From Candidatus Binatia bacterium (GTDB lineage Bacteria; Desulfobacterota; Binatia; Bin18): a stretch of 64,000 bases of DNA. The number at the start of each line of letters is the position of its first letter. Position 1 is the stretch's first letter. Made by a program: the position numbers and the translations under genes. This document shows, in pieces, positions 55,288-64,000 of this stretch. The notes beneath the pieces were generated by a model. It was not told where the DNA came from. It worked only from the letters and a program-made list of their open reading frames with translations, and did no database searches. The stretch covers positions 107,621-171,620 of the forward strand of contig CAXXHG010000010.1 in NCBI GenBank assembly GCA_963666315.2, in the 5' to 3' direction.

Positions 55288-56598
55288 TTAATCTTTTTCC
55301 TGATCACCAGCAACGCCTTTCGGGGCCATTCTCACCCTGGCTTTTTCGACTGCGGCCTGGAGTGCTTTCTCTCGGAGGAGTCGCCCCTCGAGCATCCGAC
55401 GGTTTGCCGAGTCAGCATAAAATGCCTCAATTTGCTGCCGATGTTCGACACTCGCTGAGGCAAACTCTACAGCTTTCTCGTCAACTTCTTCCACTGTCAT
55501 TGTGAGTCCAAGTTGCTCTGCTAACGCATCAAGGATCACGGTCGTTTGAATCTGCCTTTTTGCCCGCTGCGAGAACCCCGCACGTACAGATTCAGGAATC
55601 GTAGTTTCCGGAGAGGAAGCGTTTTCTGGACGTGGCACCCCTGCCTCAACAAGCAACTGCTGTGCTTGTTCATGGATCAGACCAGGAGGAATATCAAAGG
55701 GGTTACGGCTGAGGAGTTGTTCCATAAGGTCTTCATGCATCTGGCCTTCCGCCCTCCGCTCCGCTATCTGTTCGAGATTCTCACGAATCTTGAGCCGCAG
55801 TTCTGCTAGTGTCTCACACTCCCCATGGTCCTTCGCAAATTCATCGTCCAATAGTGGGACTTCTTTATGTGCGAAATCATGGACAGTGACTCTAAAATCT
55901 GCCGTAATGGGCATCCGCTCTTCAGCATTTTCTGCCTGTGGCAAGGATAGCGAAAATTCGACCGTTTGCCCTTTCCGTGCACCAACAAGCTGCTCTTGAA
56001 AACCGGGCAGCAATGTCTCTTTCCCCACCTCGGCCAAACGACCCTTTCCGTCAAGGCCGGGAATGGGCTGGCCGTCTCGTGTCGCATTATAGTCGAGAGT
56101 CACCACATCTCCTGACTCGACACAATCCCGATCCGTAATCGGGTGGAGCTGGGCAAGCGAGTCGGCCAGTCTTGCTAAAGACTCATCAACCTCGCGTTCT
56201 TCCACAGACGCAATACCCTTTTCGATCTCCAGACCTTCATAATCGACATGATGAACCTCGGGCTTAATCTCAATCGTCGCCGAATAACAGAAAGGCTGCC
56301 CCGCAACCAATCGTTCCGTGACGATCTGCGGCTTGGTGACAATCGCGAGGTTATGCTCTTCTAACGCCTGCGTCAGTGATTCCTCAACCAGCGAGGAACT
56401 TACCTCTGCCGCAACTTGCTCGCCGAAGTGACGTTCAAGGACGGGCCGCGGTACTCTGCCAGCCCGAAATCCTTTCAGTCGAACCTGATTTTGGTAGGTT
56501 CGATATACCTTCTCCAGTCCTGCCAGGACTTGATCGGGCGGAATCTCAAAAACAATTTTCTTCTGGACAGGGCTCAGCGTCTCAATAGAAATTTTCAT
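55288..56598 (-). CDS. tig: Trigger factor
   Basis: GFRAGRVP ribosome-binding signature, FKBP domain (LPGFQEQLVG), LDDEFAK. Confidence 0.95.
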   Translation of the reverse strand: MKISIETLSPVQKKIVFEIPPDQVLAGLEKVYRTYQNQVRLKGFRAGRVPRPVLERHFGEQVAAEVSSSLVEESLTQALEEHNLAIVTKPQIVTERLVAGQPFCYSATIEIKPEVHHVDYEGLEIEKGIASVEEREVDESLARLADSLAQLHPITDRDCVESGDVVTLDYNATRDGQPIPGLDGKGRLAEVGKETLLPGFQEQLVGARKGQTVEFSLSLPQAENAEERMPITADFRVTVHDFAHKEVPLLDDEFAKDHGECETLAELRLKIRENLEQIAERRAEGQMHEDLMEQLLSRNPFDIPPGLIHEQAQQLLVEAGVPRPENASSPETTIPESVRAGFSQRAKRQIQTTVILDALAEQLGLTMTVEEVDEKAVEFASASVEHRQQIEAFYADSANRRMLEGRLLREKALQAAVEKARVRMAPKGVAGDQEKD

Positions 56599-56662
56599 GC
56601 AATCATCGTCTGCTATGGAGATTGTAGTATAGGCAGTCACTGTCCTTTGAGGGGAGCTTAAG

Positions 56663-56747
56663 TGCGAGAGGGGGGACTTGAACCCCCATCCGCTAAAAGC
56701 GGACTAGATCCTAAGTCTAGCGCGTCTGCCGATTCCGCCACTCTCGC
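56663..56747 (-). tRNA. tRNA-Leu (TAG)
   Basis: GCGAGAG/CTCTCGC acceptor, loop CTTAGGA, long variable arm. Confidence 0.95.
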
Positions 56748-56768
56748 ATCTGCCCCAATATAATATAG

Positions 56769-56841
<73 letters not shown>

Positions 56842-56944
56842 ACCGAGGGACCATACCCGCTATTCTAAGGCATGGCAACGGGAGCGACGGCATCAATGCT
56901 TAGCAGGAACAACAAAGAACTCTCTTGAGAGAGAGGAAAAGTAA

Positions 56945-57018
56945 GGTGGGTGAAGGGGCTTGAACCCTCGACCCCTGGGACCACAACCCAGTGCTCTGCC
57001 AACTGAGCTACACCCACC
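56945..57018 (-). tRNA. tRNA-His (GTG)
   Basis: G-1 plus GTGGGTG/CACCCAC-C, loop TTGTGGT. Confidence 0.95.
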
Positions 57019-57021
57019 CTA

Positions 57022-57095
57022 TGCGCCAGAAGGGATTCGAACCCATGACCTACGGCTTAGAAGGCCGTTGCTCTATCCAGCTGAGCTACTGGCGC
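57022..57095 (-). tRNA. tRNA-Arg (TCT)
   Basis: GCGCCAG/CTGGCGC acceptor, loop CTTCTAA. Confidence 0.95.
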
Positions 57096-57154
57096 GCTCA
57101 AAACCGGGAACGCCAGGAACACGCATTCTCCTTACTCCTCGACATCGTATCCTA

Positions 57155-57228
57155 TCGGGGCGAGCCGATTTGAACGGCCGACCCCCTGCTCCCAAGGCAG
57201 GTGCGCTACCAGGCTGCGCTACGCCCCG
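57155..57228 (-). tRNA. tRNA-Pro (TGG)
   Basis: CGGGGCG/CGCCCCG acceptor, loop CTTGGGA. Confidence 0.95.
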
Positions 57229-57278
57229 ACACTGTGGTGTCTCTCTCCAAGTAGACTACGTTCCGTTTTGATTTTATC

Positions 57279-57307
57279 ACCGTACCATGGCGCCATAGGG
57301 GGCACAA
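57279..57307 (-). promoter_or_regulatory. Putative sigma70 promoter of the tRNA(Pro-Arg-His-Lys-Leu)-tig unit
   Basis: TTGTGC-17 bp-TACGGT with extended TG. Confidence 0.4.
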
Positions 57308-57345
57308 TTCCCGGTATGCTATCCCTCACCAGAGAGACGGCTCAG

Positions 57346-58860
57346 CTAACTGCCCAAGAAGAACCGCGTCGACCGATCAGCAAAGTCAAAGACGGGAGCC
57401 CAATACACGCCCAGTATAATGGTCGCGATGCTTAAGACTGCGAGCAACGAACCATTATGAAGATCGAGAGAGACCTCGCCTGCCGTGTCTAGAGGGGCGT
57501 CAAAAAACATGGTCTTCACAATGCCTGCGTAATAGTACAGAGACACCACGCTATTCAGAATTCCAACAACGGCAAGATAATAAAACTGCCCTTTGATAAC
57601 AGCCGCGAAGAGGTAAAATTTTCCGATAAATCCGGCCAGTGGGGGGAGACCGGTCAGCGAAAAGAGAAAAATAGCCATCGCTATGGCTGGCAGCGCTCCG
57701 CCACGCCACGCCAGCCCCCGAAAGCTGTCCATATCTTCTCGCCCGGTGTTATTCGCCACAACCATTACAACGATGAAGGCACCCAGATTCATCAAATAAT
57801 AGACGACAATATAAAACAACATCGCCCGCAGCCCTTCATCGCTGAGCACAACGAAACCCATAAGAATGTAGCCTGCATGGGCAATACTGGAATAGGCCAG
57901 GAGGCGTTTCACATTGTCTTGATTCAAGGCAGCCAGATTCCCTAGCGTCATGGTCACCATGGAGACAATGAGCATAAGCTGTGGCCACTCGACTCCGGGG
58001 ACGAACTGCCACGCCCCAGCGTCTCCAGTTTGGGAAAGAGCCGGATAGAAAAACCGCATAAGTAAGGCAAAGCCCGCAGCTTTTGAGCCGACCGAAAGAA
58101 ACGCTGTTACCGGAATCGGCGCGCCTTGATACACGTCCGGCGCCCACATATGGAAGGGAACAGCTGCGATCTTATAGCCGAATCCAGCCAGCATAAGCAC
58201 GAGGGCAATAAACAACGTAAGATGGTCGGGCGCACCTTGCAGTAAGGCAGTGTTGATCTCGGCGTAATCCAGGCTTCCGGTCAGGCCAAAGATCCAACTC
58301 ATGCCGTAGATCATTGTCCCAGATGCCACGCCACCATAAATCAAATACTTGAGTGCCGCTTCACTCGATCGACGGTTATGCCGCAAATATCCGGTCAGCA
58401 CGTAGGATGTCAGACTGACAAATTCTAGGGATAAATAGGCAAGCAGCAAATTCGTGGCTGAGGCCATAAAAAACATCCCCAGCCCACTCGCCAGTAAAAT
58501 CCCGTAATACTCACCTTGATTCGGTCCACTAATTTCTTTCGATCCAAGCGACATCCAGACCACCCCAACCATGGACAGGGAAAGAATCACTTTGAAGAAA
58601 ATGGCAAAACTATCGAGCGCGATCATGCGATGGAAAAGCCAGCCTTCTCCCGCGCCTTGTAACCCTGCGATGAAACGAATGCCAAAAAACGAAATGCCCG
58701 AAGTAAAGACCAAAGCTAAAGCAGCTCCCAGGAGCGCAATATTGCCCAGTCGTTCCTTGTCCGAGACAAACAGGTCCGCAATAAAGATGGTGATAATAGC
58801 CAGGACGAGAATCCCCTCAGGATAGAGATAGGCCAAACTGTCAATACTGCCCAGGTTCAT
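57346..58860 (-). CDS. nuoN: NADH-quinone oxidoreductase subunit N
   Basis: EAALKY, KIAAVPFHMWAPDVYQGAP, KRLLAYSSIAHAG. Confidence 0.96.
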   Translation of the reverse strand: MNLGSIDSLAYLYPEGILVLAIITIFIADLFVSDKERLGNIALLGAALALVFTSGISFFGIRFIAGLQGAGEGWLFHRMIALDSFAIFFKVILSLSMVGVVWMSLGSKEISGPNQGEYYGILLASGLGMFFMASATNLLLAYLSLEFVSLTSYVLTGYLRHNRRSSEAALKYLIYGGVASGTMIYGMSWIFGLTGSLDYAEINTALLQGAPDHLTLFIALVLMLAGFGYKIAAVPFHMWAPDVYQGAPIPVTAFLSVGSKAAGFALLMRFFYPALSQTGDAGAWQFVPGVEWPQLMLIVSMVTMTLGNLAALNQDNVKRLLAYSSIAHAGYILMGFVVLSDEGLRAMLFYIVVYYLMNLGAFIVVMVVANNTGREDMDSFRGLAWRGGALPAIAMAIFLFSLTGLPPLAGFIGKFYLFAAVIKGQFYYLAVVGILNSVVSLYYYAGIVKTMFFDAPLDTAGEVSLDLHNGSLLAVLSIATIILGVYWAPVFDFADRSTRFFLGS

Positions 58861-58887
58861 GGCGTTCTTTCCATACGACTCAAGGCG

Positions 58888-60447
58888 CTAGCGCAGGGCA
58901 ACCGCAGTGTCCTGCGTCGCAGCGAGCACGATTTCATTGAGATTCTGCAACGAGACATCCAAGAGATCGAGCACCGCATGCGGGTAAATCCCAAGGAGGA
59001 TAACAATCGCCCCAAGCGGAACAAGCATACACAATTCTCTGGTATTAATTTCTGAGATATGCATCTCAGCATAATCGTCTCGCGGTTTTCCAAGGAACAT
59101 TTGCTGGATCGTCCAGAGGAGATAACTTGCGGTGAGAATGACAGTCAGGGCACCAAACAAAGTCGGAATCTTGTACAGATGCCAGGCACCCAGCAGACAT
59201 AAGATTTCAGAGATAAATGCGGACAGGCCAGGCAGGCCCATTGCCGCAAAAAAGGCCAATCCCACAATGCCGGTATAGATCGGCATAACAGACGCCAGAC
59301 CGCCGAAACCATCAATCCGGCGGTGATGGGCCCGGTCATAGATGACGCCGACGAGCAAAAAGAGCATGGCCGTAATAGTGCCATGGTTAAACATCTGTAG
59401 CACCGCACCATTAATGCCCTGCGAAGTAAACGACGCCATGCCGAGCATCACGTAGCCCATATGGCTGATGCTGGAGTACGCGACAAGCTTTTTCAGATCC
59501 TTGGGTTCGGTGAAGCATTGGGCCAGGGCACAAAAAGCCCCATAGACAATATTCCAGGCGCCTAAAGCGGCTAACATATACGGGGCAAACTGGAACGTTG
59601 CCTCGGGCAGAAGGGGATAATTGACACGCAAAATTCCATACGCTCCCATTTTCAGCAAAACACCGGCCAGAATAACGGAGATTGCCGTTGGGGCTTCGAC
59701 ATGGGCATCAGGGAGCCAGGTATGAAAGGGGAAAGCCGGAATCTTGACCGCAAAATTAAGGAACAAGGCAACCCATAATATCTGCGGCATGGAGAAACCA
59801 AACAGAATCGGTTCGGTCTGCAAGTGCCGGGCGACAGCGGGCAACTGAGTCAGATCGAAAGTATATCCTATCCCTTCAATGGCGCCGGCTTCAAAATAGA
59901 ACACGAGCATACAAACCAGCATCAGCGCGCTGCCGACCATCGTAAAAAGAAAGAACTTAATCGCCGCATATTCACGGCGCGGCCCGCCCCAAATCCCGAT
60001 GAGGAAATACATGGGCAGTAGCATCAATTCCCAGAAGAGAAAGAACAGGAAGAAGTCCATGGCGCAAAAGACCCCGGTCATGGCGGTGTCCAGGAGCAAA
60101 AACAGAGCGAAATAGCCCTTCTGTGCACGCTCGATATTCCAAGACGCGAGAATGCATATAGGACACAGAATGGCCGTCAGCAAAACCATGGATATACTGA
60201 TGCCATCAACACCAACGAAATAGCGAATATTGAAAGACTCGATCCAAGGCACATTCACCACGAACTGTAAATCAGCCGTTGTGGTATCGAAGCTTTGATA
60301 CAGCCAGATCCCCAGAAAGAAGGCGGGAAGTGTAAAAGCCAAAGCCGTCCACTTCACTAAATCTGCGGCTTGGCGGGGAAGACAGAAAATTGTCACCATC
60401 CCAGCCAGGGGAAAGAAGATCATGAGGGTGAGAATATAGGACTCCAT
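58888..60447 (-). CDS. nuoM: NADH-quinone oxidoreductase subunit M
   Basis: VDGIS, FWELMLLPMYFLIGIWG, HTWLPDAHVEAPT, QMFNHG. Confidence 0.96.
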   Translation of the reverse strand: MESYILTLMIFFPLAGMVTIFCLPRQAADLVKWTALAFTLPAFFLGIWLYQSFDTTTADLQFVVNVPWIESFNIRYFVGVDGISISMVLLTAILCPICILASWNIERAQKGYFALFLLLDTAMTGVFCAMDFFLFFLFWELMLLPMYFLIGIWGGPRREYAAIKFFLFTMVGSALMLVCMLVFYFEAGAIEGIGYTFDLTQLPAVARHLQTEPILFGFSMPQILWVALFLNFAVKIPAFPFHTWLPDAHVEAPTAISVILAGVLLKMGAYGILRVNYPLLPEATFQFAPYMLAALGAWNIVYGAFCALAQCFTEPKDLKKLVAYSSISHMGYVMLGMASFTSQGINGAVLQMFNHGTITAMLFLLVGVIYDRAHHRRIDGFGGLASVMPIYTGIVGLAFFAAMGLPGLSAFISEILCLLGAWHLYKIPTLFGALTVILTASYLLWTIQQMFLGKPRDDYAEMHISEINTRELCMLVPLGAIVILLGIYPHAVLDLLDVSLQNLNEIVLAATQDTAVALR

Positions 60448-60487
60448 AACGGCTCCTTACATCACGTCCAAATTCAAAGAGACTGGC

Positions 60488-62665
60488 TCAACGGAGCTGG
60501 GAAGCTCCGTCTTTGGTAAACATCAGACGCCAAGGAATTCGTCCGGTAGAGAGCCATAATGCAATCCCAATAACCACCACAAGGGCGACGAATAGCATGA
60601 TGACCGGGAGGAGGACTTCCACCGGGATGCGCGGTAAGAATTGGGCGGCTGCGACCGCCCCAACGATCACATACAGATAGATACTCAGGTTGCCGGTTTG
60701 CACTTGGCGGAGGCGATTACCGATCCCAAAGGTGACATCGGCTAAGGCATTAACGAGGCCATCAATAATCCAGTCATCGAACCGACCGACCGCCCAACCA
60801 ACGCGGGCGGTCACGTTAGCCACACCGTCGACAATAAAGTCAATCACATAGCGATCAAAGTTTAAACTGAGCCAACTGAGGGTGAGCGTGCCACGCACAG
60901 CCGTCGCGTGGTACAATTCATCTATATAGTACTTATTGAAGACCGCCCGATACGGAACGCCACCGCCAACAGCCGTAAATATGTCGGGCGACACGGACCG
61001 GCGGTAGTACATCAAATAGGCCAAAAAGATGCCGGCTGCGGCAATCCCGACAGACGCCGCCATGAGAATATACTCAGTCGCTTCAATATGATGCTGGACC
61101 GCAGGTCCCGCATGTCCGCCAGCAAAGACGGGTTCCAGCCACTGTTCAAAAATATTACTCCCGCCAAGCGCGATAGGAACGCCAAGAAAACCAGCGAAGA
61201 CGGCCCCCAGCGCAAGGACGACGAGGGGATAAGTCATCACTGGAGGTGACTCATGCAGATGCTCCTGCGTATGCTCGTCAGCTCGGTTCTTACCGGAGAA
61301 CACCATAAACACCTGGCGAAACATATAGAAGGCCGTCATCGCCGCAGCGGCAAAGCCGAGCAGCCACAGGAACTGATGTCCTCTTGAGAACGTCTGCCAC
61401 AGAATTTCGTCTTTTGAGAAGAACCCAGCCAATGGCGGAATGCCAGCAATCGCGAACGTCGAGATCAAAAACGTCCAAAAGGTCAGCGGCATCTTTTCCC
61501 TGAGGCCACCCATCTTACGCATATCTTGCTCATCGCCCATGGCGTGGATGACGCTGCCCGAACCGAGGAACAAGCAAGCCTTGAAAAACGCGTGCGTCAT
61601 CAAATGGAAAATCGCAGCCCCATACGCTCCGACCCCAATCCCGAGCACCATATAGCCCAGCTGACTGACGGTTGAGTAGGCTAGCACTTTCTTAATATCA
61701 AACTGGGCGAGACCGATGGTTGCCGCAAACAGCGCAGTCAACGCCCCGACTGTAGCCACCACCCCAAGGGCAACCGGGGACAGAGAGAAAAGGAAATGCA
61801 TGCGGGCCATCATATACACACCCGCGGTTACCATGGTCGCGGCGTGGATCAGTGCGCTGACCGGAGTCGGCCCCGCCATGGCGTCAGGCAGCCAGACATA
61901 GAGTGGAATCTGAGCCGATTTTCCGGCTGCACCGACAAAGAGGCATAACGCGGCCAGTGTCGCGGCCGGGAAACCCCAGATCATCTGGCCTTCGAGATAA
62001 TGAATAGTATGGCTCAAGTCCCGAAAGATCACCGTCCCGTGACCAGACTCGGCCAGACTCCAGAAAATAATAAAAACGCCCAGCGTGAACCCGGCGTCAC
62101 CGATCCGGTTGACAATAAATGCTTTATTCCCCGCAGTGGTATTCTCGTGCTCTTTATACCAAAACCCAATGAGTCCATACGAACATAGCCCGACCCCTTC
62201 CCAGCCGACAAACATCAACAGAAGATTATCCGCAAGGACCAGTGTCAGCATGGCTGCGGAAAAGAGATTCAGATAGGCAAAGAAGCGCCAGTACGCCTCG
62301 TCGTCACGCATATAGCCTATCGAATACACATGGATCAGCCCGCCGATCCCGGCGACAATGAGTATCATGATGCCCGAGAGCGGGTCAGCCGCAAATGCAA
62401 TATCGACCTGCAGGCTGCCTATATGGATCCAACGGAGTACGGAGTCGAGCAGATAGCGCTGCTCGGGTTCTACGCTAACGAGGTGGAAGAATGCGCGCAG
62501 GGCAAAGATGAAGGCAAGGCCGATAACGGAACACGCAACAACGCTGATCGCCTTCTTGCCGAAGCGCTTCTGCAGCATCGCGCCAAAAACACCGTTGATA
62601 ATCGCGCCAATGAGGGGAAACAGGACGATCCAGCGTAAATATGACACGAGAAGCGGGTGATCCAT
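60488..62665 (-). CDS. nuoL: NADH-quinone oxidoreductase subunit L (elongated C-terminus)
   Basis: GWEGVGLCSY, GKSAQIPL.VWLPDAMAGPTPVSALIHAATMV, HAFFKA. Confidence 0.96.
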   Translation of the reverse strand: MDHPLLVSYLRWIVLFPLIGAIINGVFGAMLQKRFGKKAISVVACSVIGLAFIFALRAFFHLVSVEPEQRYLLDSVLRWIHIGSLQVDIAFAADPLSGIMILIVAGIGGLIHVYSIGYMRDDEAYWRFFAYLNLFSAAMLTLVLADNLLLMFVGWEGVGLCSYGLIGFWYKEHENTTAGNKAFIVNRIGDAGFTLGVFIIFWSLAESGHGTVIFRDLSHTIHYLEGQMIWGFPAATLAALCLFVGAAGKSAQIPLYVWLPDAMAGPTPVSALIHAATMVTAGVYMMARMHFLFSLSPVALGVVATVGALTALFAATIGLAQFDIKKVLAYSTVSQLGYMVLGIGVGAYGAAIFHLMTHAFFKACLFLGSGSVIHAMGDEQDMRKMGGLREKMPLTFWTFLISTFAIAGIPPLAGFFSKDEILWQTFSRGHQFLWLLGFAAAAMTAFYMFRQVFMVFSGKNRADEHTQEHLHESPPVMTYPLVVLALGAVFAGFLGVPIALGGSNIFEQWLEPVFAGGHAGPAVQHHIEATEYILMAASVGIAAAGIFLAYLMYYRRSVSPDIFTAVGGGVPYRAVFNKYYIDELYHATAVRGTLTLSWLSLNFDRYVIDFIVDGVANVTARVGWAVGRFDDWIIDGLVNALADVTFGIGNRLRQVQTGNLSIYLYVIVGAVAAAQFLPRIPVEVLLPVIMLFVALVVVIGIALWLSTGRIPWRLMFTKDGASQLR

Positions 62666-62668
62666 AGA

Positions 62669-62992
62669 CTATCCTTGCAGGCTATCCACCGCTTCAATGT
62701 CAATCGAAGAAAAGTTCTGATAAATCCCGAGAACGATCGCCAGCCCGATGACCGCTTCAGCAGCCGCGAGCATAATAACGAAAATGGCAAAGATCTGGCC
62801 ATCGTAGCCTCCCGAGGAAAAGTGCGAAAAGGCAATATAGTTGATGTTGGCCGAGTTGAGAATCAGTTCGATTCCCAGCAGAATCCCAATGGCATTTTTC
62901 CTGGTGAGCACGCAGTACAGGCCGAGCACAAAGACGGCCAGACTGACGAACAGAAAGTGCCGTAGCCCTATATCGAGCAGTAATCCGTCCAT
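62669..62992 (-). CDS. nuoK: NADH-quinone oxidoreductase subunit K
   Basis: IELILN, AAAEAVIGLA. Confidence 0.95.
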   Translation of the reverse strand: MDGLLLDIGLRHFLFVSLAVFVLGLYCVLTRKNAIGILLGIELILNSANINYIAFSHFSSGGYDGQIFAIFVIMLAAAEAVIGLAIVLGIYQNFSSIDIEAVDSLQG

Positions 62993-63079
62993 AGAGATTC
63001 GTATAGCGAGGAAGGTCGTCCCGTCTTAAATGGGACGATGAAAAAAATCAAGGGAGGCTGATCACAGTTGACCGGATGC

Positions 63080-63595
63080 TTACCCGTCAGACACCTGTCC
63101 GCGGATCTCCTTCCGCGAAACCACAACCGCACCAATTAACGCGACAAGTAACACGACTGAGGCAAGCTCAAACGGCAAAATATATGGGCCTAAGAACGCT
63201 TCACCAATCCCGAAGGTCGTCGGAGATGCAGCGATCTCGGCCTGTTGCGCCCATTCAGCAGATCCAATACATACCCCCATAACCGCCCCAACAACGCCAA
63301 TAAGTAAGGCCGCCGGAATCCGCCCAACGGCCCGGTTTGACACATCGACATCGGAAATACGGTGGGTCAGCATCACAGCGAAAATGATGAGCACCAAGAT
63401 TCCACCGATGTACACCATGACTTGTATCACAGCGACAAAATCAGCCGCCAGCATGGCATACAGTCCGGCTACTCCCATAAACGCTCCCAGTAAAGAGAAT
63501 GCTGAATGTACAAGGTTATGAGAGAACGCCACGACCAACGCAGAGCCAATCGTCAAAGCCGCGAGCAGGTAGAATATCAATGCTTCTAATGGCAT
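63080..63595 (-). CDS. nuoJ: NADH-quinone oxidoreductase subunit J
   Basis: QVMVYIGGILVL, PFELASVVLLVALIGA. Confidence 0.95.
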   Translation of the reverse strand: MPLEALIFYLLAALTIGSALVVAFSHNLVHSAFSLLGAFMGVAGLYAMLAADFVAVIQVMVYIGGILVLIIFAVMLTHRISDVDVSNRAVGRIPAALLIGVVGAVMGVCIGSAEWAQQAEIAASPTTFGIGEAFLGPYILPFELASVVLLVALIGAVVVSRKEIRGQVSDG

Positions 63596-63607
63596 ACCCC
63601 GTCCTCC

Positions 63608-64000
63608 TCAAGCATTTGCCTGTGCTGCCTCCTCTGCTTGCTCTGCGTGCACCTTTTTATATTTCTTCATATCCACGGACTCTGCGAACTCGGCGAGAAA
63701 GCCCATGCCTCGATCTAAGATCGGGGCGATGAGAGGATCCGTCTCCTCGCCCTTCTTCGCCTTATACGCCAACACAGGATCCTGTACGAATATCCGTATC
63801 ATACTCTCCAGCGAATAGTCCGCGCCTTCGAACTCAGTGGTATGGTGGATGGAGCCGGTAGGACACACTTCGCTACACAGCCCACAGTACATACATTTAG
63901 CGATGTCAATGTCAAAACGACTCAACAGCATTGATTTCGTCTGTTTATCTTTTGGCGCGTCAATAACAATACAGTCAATCGGACACGCCCGCTCACACGC
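63608..64000 (-). CDS. nuoI: NADH-quinone oxidoreductase subunit I, 5'-truncated by the window edge
   Basis: Frame open from 64000: ACERACPIDC...CMYCGLCSEVCP, two 4Fe-4S motifs; directly upstream of nuoJ. Confidence 0.92.
   Translation of the reverse strand, partial: ACERACPIDCIVIDAPKDKQTKSMLLSRFDIDIAKCMYCGLCSEVCPTGSIHHTTEFEGADYSLESMIRIFVQDPVLAYKAKKGEETDPLIAPILDRGMGFLAEFAESVDMKKYKKVHAEQAEEAAQANA

Overview
Core housekeeping region of a diderm, LPS-producing bacterium with a deltaproteobacterial-style gene order (inferred; no database search was possible). Left to right it holds: an LPS/stringent-response unit (GT2, GT4, rfaE1, yicC, gmk, rel); rpmB, rfaE2, lptD, folC, accD, trpABFCD and a SPOR protein; the alpha/spc/S10/str/rpoBC/L11 ribosomal superoperon with two near-identical tuf copies; rlmB, lptFG, rpsI-rplM, lon-clpX-tig; 12 tRNAs; and the distal complex I genes nuoI-J-K-L-M-N. 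I see no mobile element, CRISPR array or accessory island. Best lead: NuoL has a tandem 26-aa duplication in its lateral amphipathic helix, the hallmark of '2M' complex I with an extra proton-pumping subunit, plus an extra C-terminal TM helix, yet only one nuoM lies between nuoL and nuoN. Other oddities: a 15-bp tandem repeat forming stacked M-K-D-stop mini-ORFs in place of the L10 leader; strongly G-skewed tuf copies; five genes absent from their usual slots (rpoZ, adk, infA, fusA, clpP); a frameshift in rplO (probably a sequencing error); and divergent rlmB/lptF sharing one CATG start.
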